Below are positions 39,201 to 51,200 of a stretch of DNA of 64,000 bases, in pieces. Within the stretch, counting starts at the first letter, position 1. Every line of letters starts with the position of its first letter. Location of the stretch: NCBI GenBank assembly GCA_963924565.1, contig OZ004608.1, positions 13,888,001 through 13,952,000 on the forward strand, given 5' to 3'. The translations under genes were made by a program, and so were the position numbers. The notes under the pieces were generated by a model. It did no database searches, was not told the DNA's origin, and saw only the letters and a list, made by a program, of their open reading frames with translations. The DNA is from Ascidiella aspersa. Taxonomy: Eukaryota.

Positions 39201-42200
39201 TTTTTACGTCTTATTTAAAGCAAACCATATACATGTTTAAAATTCATGCGTATTTACGTCCTATTTGAAACACTATACATATTTAAAAGCTTGTTTAAAT
39301 TAAAATTTGTGTTTTTAGTTAATACATACAATTTTATTTTCATTTTAAACTCTCCGCCTGTATTTTCGATTTCGTTTTATATGTGTAATAGCTCGAGTTA
39401 TTGCAAAAACTTTAAAAATATAAAAAAGTGTAGATTTTATCATTGATTTCTAATTTGGTTTTTGAATATTGAATTCAATATGAGTTTCTAATTAATTGTC
39501 TAAAAACTACTATATAACCTATGCACTTTTCACTCTTTTGCGATATTACCAGTGTTTTTTTTTTAAAGAATAAGCAACAGCATTTAACACATACAATTAC
39601 AAGGTATATTTTTTAAGACAAAAGCCAACATTATGTAAAAATTTCCAACAACAAAACTGTTAACTTTACTTCCCCTTAATTGTATTTTGTTTGCCCTATA
39701 CTTTTATGTCATGCTTGAAATCACTCACCATACGACTTTTTGATGACCAATTAACAGGAATGTCCGTTCTGGGACGAATGGGGCGACTGGACGCCATGTA
39801 GCTCACCGTGCGGTGGCGGAAATCGTCGCAGGGACAGAACTTGTCAGAACGGTTACGCGGGCGACGCCGGCTGCGACGGTTCCGACACGGAGCAGGCATC
39901 TTGCAATGGAAGGGTGAGGCGTCGATTTGTTAAAGTTTACTCAGTGTTGTAAACAAGTCATTTTAAAAAGACTTAAGTCCCAGTCAAGTCATTTCAAAAA
40001 TAACAAGTCAAGTCCCAGTCCAAGTTATCGGTTGCCCAAGTCAAGTCCCAGTCAAGTCATTATGAGACCAAGTCAATTTCAAGTCATGTTATTGGCATAA
40101 AAGTAAACTGTTAAACTATTAAAATCGGTAAACTCGTCCGATTACAAGCAACAATGTAACTAAAAAAATAACACAAACGCTTTATACAGCAATAAATTGT
40201 TTAATGTGCAAAACTTAAGATAAATTATAATGAAAAACACTTAATTGAATCCCAAGTTATCTGTCGTAAAGACTAAAGTCAAGTCATTTGTTCAAAAGGC
40301 TTAAGTCAAGTCAAGTCATTTTGGTCAAAGGACTTAAGTCAAGTTAAGTCATTTGAAAACAGTGACTTTAGTGCACTAAGTCAAGTCAATGACTTAAGTC
40401 ATTGCAACACTGAGTTTACTTTCGAGAAGTTCGAAGGATGTAAGCTTGCACTTTGGCTTGATGTGGTGCACCGGATCCACAAGCAGGATAGCTTAGTTTG
40501 ACGAATAAACCCTTTTGCTGTAAGATCAGCTGAGTCGATAACCTCACGTTCACCGTTAACAATACCCTCGCACAACTATATATGAAATCTTGAAACGAAA
40601 ATTAATATAAAACGGCAAAGTTGTGGAAAAACAAGTTTTTTTTCGAATTGGTAAAATAGCAACTGCTATAGTTTCCAAGTAAAAAGAGGTCAGATGAATC
40701 GTAAAGACTTCGCCATTTTCGTAGCTTTCGTTTTATTTTAAGTATTATAGCCAAAACAGGCCAACTGTTCTTGAGTGGCTGCTAACATCGCGCCGTTTTA
40801 TAATAGGTTCATAGACTTGAGATAGGCTCTTATGTAAGTCACACAACGACTAAAACGACAAAGAAACACAGTCGTTAGCTGGCGGTTTGCTAAACATTAT
40901 TCAGGAGCAAGTAATACTAATATCAGTGTTTTCCAAGCTTATATTAACAAGTAAAATTTACAGTTAAAAAGATAAGGAAAAACAGGATCAAACTTTTTTT
41001 TTAAAAGGAAAATATATTTCGCCACGTGGCATCGTCAGTTCCTGTAAGAGTATAAATAAATAAATAAAATCACAGCGCAGCCATCAACAAACCGATATAT
41101 TGAAAACAAAACGTCTAATCCTGTTTTTTTACTTATGGTTTTAACTATGAGTTTTACTTATTAATATACGCGTCAGCGGAGCAGTGATCGACTGGATAAA
41201 ACCGGCCGCGAAGTTTTGGGATTCTATAAAGATACACACTAGAGCTTATATTATTTTCCTTTGATCTCGTTAAAAAACTAATTAAACACTCTGTCGACAG
41301 TCAATTGTCATTGTTACTTTTTTGCCCGCAGCTTTGCACCTACTGGAGCGAGTGGCAGAACTGGTCGGATTGCAGTATCACGTGCGGTAGAGGAGCCAGA
41401 AGAAGGGAGCGATCTTGCGTGAACGAGGTCGTCGATCTCTTCACATGCCCCGGGGCCGGCTCACAAACCGAGGACTGCATCAGAGGAGTAAGTCGAGTTT
41501 TGCGTTTTTGAATGGCGGCGGGACTGCATTGTACACTGTCGTCTCTGGTGTTCTGTCTTGGAAGGCTAAAAGCGTTGTTTACCCTTGTTAAAAATTTCTT
41601 AGCTGCATTTTACATTGGCAACATGTACTCCATTAAGACCTTCTCAACGGAATTTTACGGGGTTAATACAATTCCACATTAAATATTAATACTACCTTTG
41701 CAATATAAAAATAGATACTAGATTACGTTTGACAGGCTACAAGATGGACCAACAGGGCTAGAATGTTTCTTAAAATTATATAAACAAAATATTTATAAGT
41801 TATTTAAGTAAATGCATTTTCCAAATGAGGCTTGAATATATTCCAGTCACACTAATTAATGATGAAAGAAAAGGTCGAGTAGATCAACATCATCTTGATT
41901 AAGACGTTTCGATACGAGCTTGTATCATCTTAAAAATGTGACTGACAAGTAAATTTAAGCATCAGTTATAAAAAGCGGGACTCAATTGCTATCATTCGTA
42001 CGAGCTCGTATCGAAACCTATTACTTTTTTTGGCTTTGCAATTCATTACCAAGCTACATTACAGATCCGTGCGTAGTGTACGCAACTAAAATTTTCCCGT
42101 TTTGCAGAGCTGCCCATTCTGGAACAATTGGAGCCAGTGGGGCGATTGTTCCTTGACTTGCGGTGGAGGAACACAGGGCAGGAGTAGAAATTGCGTTGGA

Positions 42201-45200
42201 GGACAAGCCGGAGATGATGGATGCGAGGGACTAATAAGAGACACCAGGAGATGTTCGCTTGAGGTAGGTTTTCTCTTTTTTTAATTTTATTCATTGTTTA
42301 GCCGCAAGTAGCCTATCTCTCACTAATGCACGGTTAAATAATATCTGTTTTGAAATATGTTCTGCTGTGTTTTGTTCTAAACCTATTTTACAGTTTTTTC
42401 TTTCATAAAAATTTATTGGGCCACGGAATTTTTTTGCAACGAAAATGGGCCACAAAAGAAAAAAAGGGTTGAGAACCACTGCATTAGAACGAGCAAAACA
42501 AACAGTTGGTAAAGTCTTGTCGTTTATTGTTTTTTGATTCGTATCCTTATTCTGCGTGAATCTCATATCAGTATGTTATCCTGCGTCGAGTTATTTTATC
42601 CCATATCATGTGGGCGTGATGCAATTCAAAGCCTGCGAGTAACTTTCGAATAAATCAGTATTTTCATGGAGTTGTGCGCCGCATGATAGCCGCACATTCA
42701 TTGCACTTTATTTTAAAAGTTAGCGTGGTAGAGAAATTTAAAATTAGCTCAGCTTAGAAAGGCCCACGTACCAAATGTGGTCCTGAGAGCTTGTCAAACT
42801 ATATGTAAACGAAGAATTTTTCGCGCCTTGCGCGTAAATTTTTGTTTTATAGTATGTTTCACATTACGGTATGGCCGTGTTTTAGGCATCAAGGCGCTGT
42901 GTAATATTTCACCTTAAAATCAAATATCCTTAATCCGCCACTGTTTTCGTAGTGGTTTTACGTAGTTGACTTTCAATAGCTATGAAAAGAGTGCTTTGGG
43001 CCGCGACAAAAAAATCTGGCCGAACACTGGCGTAAGATAAAAATTGAGCAATGTTTTCCTCCAGCTGTGTCCATCGTGGTCCTCCTGGGGCAACTGGACG
43101 GAGTGCTCGGCTCCTTGTGGAGGAGGAATCAGATCCCACATCCGCGTCTGCAACAACGGAAGACCCAACGACTACGGATGCCAGGGTCCTGTCAGAGCCC
43201 AGGAATTCTGCAACGGACAGGTAAGACAGTATACCGAGAAACGAATAAATGCACACTCAATGTGAGTGTTATTTTACAGTATGCTTTTTGAGAGAAACGC
43301 GCTGTAAAAACATTGATTTATTTGTCTCGAAATATTTTACAACGTGAGAAAAATGTACAGGCGACAAAACTTGTTCGTCGAATTATGTATTCTTACTTAT
43401 GTATTGTTTAATGAATAGAACGTTGAATTTTATTCCGTGAGATTAATAGAACAACTGGTAAACTAAAGGGAAGTCGCCTCACTATATTATAAAACCTTTA
43501 GACTATAGTGGTTCAAACTAAATACATTGATGAAAAAAGTAAATCAACAGTGTATACAGATGCAAAACTAACAAATATATGCGCAATCTACTGTTGGTTT
43601 TCAGTTCAACCAGCAGTCACTACCATTGTTTCGTAACCCGCTATCATAAATAAAATAGTGTGCATAAACCGCGCGTTTGGTGCGTTAAAGTTAACATTTT
43701 AGTGTCCAACTGATGGTCAATTGCTCGGAGATTTTTCATCTAATACAGATAAGACAAAAAGCCCCTGTACAATACAGGCACACTTTTAGGCGTTTCTTTT
43801 ACCGTATATATATACGCTTGCGTACTCGCAAAATTTCAAAAATCCTGCACGTTCGTTTTTTCACGCAGGCCTGTCCCTTCTTTGGCAACTGGAACCTCTG
43901 GAGCGCCTGCTCGAGATCTTGCGGCAGCGGAACCACGACCCGGACCCGGCTGTGCGTCAACGGCGTCGAGGGAGAAACGGGATGTTTGGGATCCACCAGT
44001 GTTAGCGCTGTGTGCAACGATAGGGTAAGACGCCGCAATATCTTTATATAGTCATTTTACTGACTTGAATCGGGAATTGGCGAACATTATTCAAGAAAGT
44101 ATTACCATGTTTTGTCGTGTAAAACGAGAATAAACACAGGCCACTGGTTCACATGTTACTGGCGACGCGTCGAACATTGCTTAGTTTAACGTCGCCCTAT
44201 ACTTTTGAATTGTATGCCATCGGGAGGTTTAGTATAGGGTTGGCATGTCAGAAAAAACAAGGGAAATCTTAATATGAAGAAAGTAAACAATATAGGTTAA
44301 TCATACATTAAAAGCTGAGAAACGAGAATCTTTAGAAATATCGAGAATCCATAGAAAAATATAAGCCCGTATAGAAATAGCAAGTAGGCCTAGGTAGCAT
44401 TAGCTATGTGTACATTTAGAGTTAGTGTTGAGACGAGCGAGCAATATTTTGTTGAATAACGGGGTTTTATATTTTTAGTATGGTAGAATAGCAAAACAGA
44501 TAAAATAAGATTTTGGGTAATGCCAATTTGATCTGAACAGAAATGGGTAATAAGGGAAAAAAAGGTTAAGAAACCCTGCTCTAGAGAGTCCATAGCCGAT
44601 AGTGTTTGGCTAGCGAAAAACATACAAAAAAACTTATTTAGGACCATATAGCTGGCAATCTTGGACCACTCTGGTGTAGAACTTTACTAAAAAATAAATT
44701 TCTAAATCCATTTTTTTTCGCAGGCATGTCCGCAGTGGCAGCAGTGGGACGAGTGGTCTTCGTGCAGTCGGTTGTGCGGAGGAGGATTCCAGTCCCGATA
44801 CCGCTCCTGCTCCAACGGACGTCCGGGACACCCCGGATGCGACGGAAGCGACTTTGAGGAGATTCGCTGTAACGAGCAGGTTCGCCCGATCATTTTATTG
44901 CTGCCTTCTTCTTTTGTGTGTGATGCGCAGTTCTTTGTTATTAGAGAGAGGCGTTTTGTGTGTATGTTCGATTTTATTTCAGCGTTTACGTTTTTTGACC
45001 CTCAGTTACAAGAGACAGGGCTTTTTTGTTTGTCTCGTAAAACTCTGTTTGATCGCATTATAATGAACATCGTAGCCTGATGTTGACGCTCTATTTCCGT
45101 ACAGCCCTTTTATATATTTTATTTAAGGAAATAAATGCTCCTAATTCGAAACCAAGGATCGTATCCTTTTTGATTTTTTGTCTATCGTAAAATTAAGATG

Positions 45201-48200
45201 CTTTAGTTTTTTTTCATTTTAGACCTAAATTTCACATTTAAATATACAATCCCGGATTCCCGCCCTTTATTAGTAGCTTAAACACGAATCCACGGTTTCC
45301 ATTGTTTCGGCATAACGCCGTTTCATTTTTTTCTTCAGGCTTGCCCGACTTGGAGCGAGTGGGTTGGCTGGTCGATTTGTGACGCCTCGTGCAACGGAGG
45401 CACGCGGGTCAGGTCGAGGACTTGCAGCGTGTTCGAGGCTTGCACTGGCCGCGCCACCGTTGCTGAAGGCTGCAACAGACAGGTGAGTGATAGTTCAGAC
45501 AGGAATTCTACTCGTGACTCGGAACTCCACGGAGTCGGTTTGTTTCAATTTAGTCGGACTCGAAGTTCGGGAATTGATTTAGACTTCATAAGGCTACCCG
45601 AAAGTCCGACGTGCGCATGTGCAATTCCAAATTTCGACACTACAAAGACCGCAAACTGTAAATTAGTTATTTCAAAACCGACTCCGCAGCCCTGAGTTGA
45701 GATAGCGCTGTGGATGACATGTCAACTGCTGAACAGTGTTCTTAAACTGTTTTTTGTTAGTCCTTGAACCATAGATAACTGTGTTAAACCCTACGGATAC
45801 CCGAAACATAAGTAATAGGTGTGCCATCCCAACCAAAACCACCGTTATTTGCAGACATTGTTGTCGCACTTCAAATAATAACTATGAGTGATCGGCTTTT
45901 GGCCGTTCTTTAGTTGCGCTCTTTTTCAATCCTTTTAACACACACTCTTCGAAAATTTTCTGATAGCTTGAAATACTTGTATGACTTGATACTTACAAAC
46001 ATGGTGCTGTCTAATAAACCAAACAACACTGTGCGTATATTGTCCAAACACAGTAATAAGACAAATTTGATAATTTTGATCTATCGTTATATTTGGACAT
46101 ATAAACGTTGCACCGCAAATACTGCTAAATAAGAGTGTATAGAAGATGCATTTAGGAGCATAAAGCGACAGCAGAGTCGCCAGCTAACAAGTATTAGTTT
46201 ATCCTTGGTAAAAACGAAAATGAGTTATACACACGGTACATATTTACTTGGCACAGCTTTCCACTGCAAATTAAAACCTGTTCCCTTCTCGCTTACAGCC
46301 TTGCCCGTCGTGGAGCCACTGGTCAGCGTACGACGCTTGTAGCGTATCGTGCGGCGGCGGAACGCAGAGTCGCTCGAGGACTTGCTACAACTCGGACGGC
46401 GACGATACTTGCGATGGACTTGACGTTTTAATTTTGAATTGCAACACCAAGGTAGGTTCGGCGGTGGACTGACGATGTGTAGCGTGTTGTGTAGAAAGAT
46501 TAACGGCAACACTTCGAAGAACTTAGTTTTTAATTGTGATAGAAATAGCCACCATTTAATGTTAGTTTTCAATTAAGCTAATCGTATGATGGATATAAAC
46601 CCAGGTTTGGAACACAATAGACGTTTTTTTTAATAATTTCAAGAAAATATATAAAATCCATAATATTCGATAAAATCGACATTTCGCCATTTACGACGGT
46701 TCAGCAATACCCCGTTTTGAGTGTTAATTTTTACACTGATGATGGCATGAGGTATTGCTAAAACGTCTGTAAATTGCGAAATGTCGACTTTCCCAGCTAT
46801 TGTCTAAAAAACATAAAATGAGCTGAAATATCTTAGTTGGAACACAGTTTTATTCTGGAAAACAAAATTTATTCTAAAAACAAAAATGTGGATGGCAAAA
46901 ATATTAAGCAAGCCAATTAAGACACACCCCTCGTGTACAACCGCGTAAACTCACTACAATTGTAGAATTTTATCTCATGTAGAACAGCGAAATTAAAACG
47001 TGCTATGTGTGCCATGCATTTTTTTGGCTTTCGTTATTAAATAGGAATGATCACAGTATGTGGACGTGTGTTTAAGGCTTCGATTTGTTTTTTTCATTCT
47101 TGCGAAAAGATAACCAAGATTTTACAAATGCGAACTCAGCGAAAGGATCACCAAAAACATAAAATGCAACGAAGAATGTTTCAACCCCTTTTCTTCTTTC
47201 AGGCTTGCCCCGTCTGGACTTTCTGGCAGGAATGGTCATCGTGCAGCAAGACGTGCGGTAACGGTCAGCGCACTCGCGAGCGTATTTGCCAGAACGGCAT
47301 CATGGGAATGGATGGCTGCATCGGGTCAACAAAGGCCTTCGAAACTTGCAACGCACAGGCATGTCATTCAATATCGCATGCGAGAGTGTCCGATAGATGA
47401 TATCGTATAGGCCTTATAGTGTATACAGAGCAAATAGTATGACCGTCCCTACCGAAATTGACGTTATTTTTATAGTCTTATAAGCAAAATTGTTGAAATT
47501 GATACGTGGGACAGCTGATGTTTTGCAGGCTATAAATCCCTTACTTGCTTAAGAATATTTTAAAAATCTTAGATAATTTACCATGTTTTTGGATATTTAC
47601 ATTCAAAAGTAAACTAAGCTGCGTTTTATCGCTAGAAACGAATGAAATACCCAAATATAGGTTTTATAATCTGCTGTCTGATATTGTATTCTGACAATAT
47701 GTGATTGTGACACCCTATAAATCACCAAATGATTTATTAAAAACACTGCCGATTCTTGCCAGGCCCATATAACAATCGTTATTAAATTGTTTATTTTTTA
47801 CCATTTACATGTAAAACCGAACCGCTAAAAAGACGCCTATACGTTATATTTGCAGGACTGCCCCTCATACGGGCCGTGGACTCCGTGGAGCGCTTGTTCT
47901 TCTTCTTGCGGATACGGAACCACTTCCAGATCCAGGCAGTGTTCCAGCTTTGCCGGAGGATGCCAAGGACCAGCCGAAGAATCGGACGTTTGCGAAACCG
48001 GAGTAAGTTGGGAACATTTGGGGTGCCAAAACGAAATTTGGGGTGTCAAAAAAAAAATTCGGGTGCCCAAATAAAATTTGGGTTGCCAAATGTAATTTGG
48101 GCTGCCAAAAATTTAGTCTTCATTTATGACCACCATTTACCCCGACTACATCCGGCAGCTGGTGGTTAAATATATTTTGTGTTCGAAAAAACGTGCATAA

Positions 48201-51200
48201 GCAGATGACGGGAAATGTTTAACTGAAATAAATAAGTTTGATTTAATAAAAAAGACGCAAACCTAAAGAGTTTGGGGATTGCCTTTCCTAGAGAACTCAT
48301 TTGCTGAATATGTACTTTCACCATTAACATATTTGACAAGTGTTGTTTAAAAAAGTAATGGATATGAAAAAATATATATATGTAATGGATATATAATTGG
48401 ATAAGACAAGTAAAAACATTAAAAAATATACGCAGTCATCGCACGTTGTTACAGCAGTATTCCCGGTAATAAACTTGTCTAGTTTGTGGGTGAAAAAAGC
48501 GCGGGTTTGTTCCGAACATCAGCAAACCATGCACGAGCCTCTTAAACCTCCTTTTTCTTTAGAATTGTCCGTACTGGAGCCACTGGGGCTCGTGGTCGCA
48601 ATGTAGCGCGTCGTGTGGCGAAGGAAGCTACACCAGAGACCGCGTGTGCGTAAACGGTGAGGCCGGACTCGACTGCGAGGGTCAGGACAACGAACTCGAC
48701 AACTGCCAAATCAAGGTGGGTTCGACGTTTATTGTGGACATTCTTTAGCGATAATTTAACACAAGAAAAGCAACTTTCGATAGCGAAATGTAATTAAACT
48801 CGCTGTTCGAGTAAGGTCAAAAATGACAAACTTTTTAACAGTTTCGTTTGAGCATATAACCTCTTGGAATCTTTTCAGGCGTTACAGAGATCTTTGTGTT
48901 GTAATTTCGCGATTTTAGGGAAAAAATACCTTTCACACTTTCCTCAAAAATAATTAAAAGGTTTAAGAAGATTTGATAAAAGTGGGACCGATACCTGACA
49001 TCTTATGTTGTACCAATAAAATAACCTTTTCGGTAAATACCGATACATACATTATGTTTTCAATAGGTGAGTGAGCCAACATGTGATAACACCCCTATAG
49101 CTAAACTATATATACATATTACAACAGACTATTTTCGGCCTATACGTTAAAAATCTTTCCGTTTTCCGAAAGTAATAAACGTTCAAGAAGGCAACAGCCG
49201 GCTACGAAAAAAGCTGTGCCGCGTTTAAGGCGCAGCCCCTATCTTCTAAAGTCACCCGTGTCCGTTGCAGGTTTGTCCCTTGCTGTCGGACTTTGGCGAA
49301 TGGAGCGGCTGCAGCGCGACGTGCGGAGGAGGCACCAGGTTCAGGAGCCGTGCTTGCTTGGGAGGAGAATGTCAGGGATCGTTACAGGACGAAGAGACCT
49401 GCAACGCCAACGTGAGTCCAGTGGATGGTAGTTTCGGAAAGGCCGAAGACTAAATGTGCCCCAAACAAGCTTGATCATTGTTTTTTTTTTTTTTTGGGGG
49501 GGGGGGGCGGGAGTTTTATTTTGTTTGTTTTACTGTGTTTGAAAAGCAGCCAATAGTTTTTGAACATTATTGTTCGACCTTATTTTTGTGTTAAGGCGAC
49601 TAACAGTTAATGTTGATAGTTAGATATTAATTTAATTTTTAAACACAAAAAAAGATTTCAATATGTTGCACAAATCTAAAAATATTTTTATAAGGGTCGT
49701 GCTTTAAGTTTAACGTTGCCAAATTCCTGAAAAACATCACTAATAAAATTAAAACGATTCTCTCCGCCAAAAGGCGAGTTTTCGAAACCACCAATAGACC
49801 CGTAACACTTATTCCACAGCCCTGCCCGTCTTGGTCGCCCTGGTACGACTTCGGCCCCTGCTCTGCATCGTGCAACGGAGGACGCAGAGTCCACTACAGG
49901 AGCTGCCTCAACGGCGATCCCGGACCGGGCGGCTGCCTGGGATCCAACAGCGAGGAGCAGGATTGCAACGTCGACGTGAGTTTTTCGAATGATTTGACGG
50001 GGCGGTGAAGACTGGTGCAACACGACGATTTGTTTGATTAGTCGGGGGAGTTTTTCCATGGACACATGTTTTTATATTCCGGTTGCAACTTAGAAGAACA
50101 ACTGGGGTTAAAGCATAATAATTTATCAACATTAGTGTAATTAATGATAATTTACCTTCGAATAAAATATTCTGTCTGAATTTCAATGGTGAAAAACAAA
50201 CGATTTTGCATATAAATTAATAACTATAAGAAAAAAATGAAAATCAGTTTGGTGTTGACGTCATACAATAAATATATTTCACTCCTATAAGCACCATCAG
50301 TATTTTGAAACACACAAAATATAAAACAAGAAGTACGCAAATATAAAATGAAAACTCAAATCACTTTTCTAGCCAAGTGGCATGGTATCATAAATATTAA
50401 TATTCTTGGCACAAATTTTGTTACACTTTATGACGAAATATGCGAATTGTCCTAATTTGTGAAAAAAATTGTAACGCACAATTGGCCCAAATTAGTCCAC
50501 AGTGAATACACATTACTTGCTGAAAACTGAAGATCCTCATAATTTTGTTCTTTGTCAGGCGTGCCCTGTGTTCGGTGAATGGAACCCATGGGGAGAATGC
50601 AGTGTTTCTTGCAACGGTGGAGTTCAGGCGAGGACCAGATCGTGTCTTACTACCGGGTGCGCCGGATCCACTCTGGAACAGCGACCGTGCGCTTTGGACG
50701 TAAGTTGAGTCAAGTTAGCTAGAATACTCTTCACTTGCCTTGTACTAAGTAAAATACCGTCGCGTCGTTTTATTGTCTGCAGAAAGATTGCTTGAAAGCA
50801 CAAGAGTTTTTATTTAAAGTACCTTATACTGGCCATATTCGTGTTAGGTTTATTGTTTATTTGAATCTAGATCCAATAATAACACTGCGTACCAACCTAA
50901 CGCCGAAAAACGCAAAGTTTTTCAAGTTTCATCTGTCACATTTCTCCACCATAAAATTAACATCAAACAAAAATTATTCGTCAAACAAAATTTAATCAAC
51001 CACAGCGTTTTGTGGAGTCTTTTGAGCGCTTCGTGAAAAACTGGGCATAAATGTCAGCTTAATGTTGATTTTATAAAGACACTGTAATAGACTGCGATTA
51101 AATTTCAAACAGATTCACTGTTTTAAACCGTTTACTTCTTATACACATATATACGCGTTAACGTTAAGTACAGTACAGTTTTTGCTAAAACGAATGACTG

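Noticed and set aside
42420-44590. Isolated MITE right ends (ggttgagaaccactg ~42.47 kb, ggttaagaaaccctg ~44.57 kb; similar at ~18.64 and ~59.63 kb)
   Set aside because: Probably hAT fragments, but matching left ends and TSDs could not be identified, so they are not called as features.
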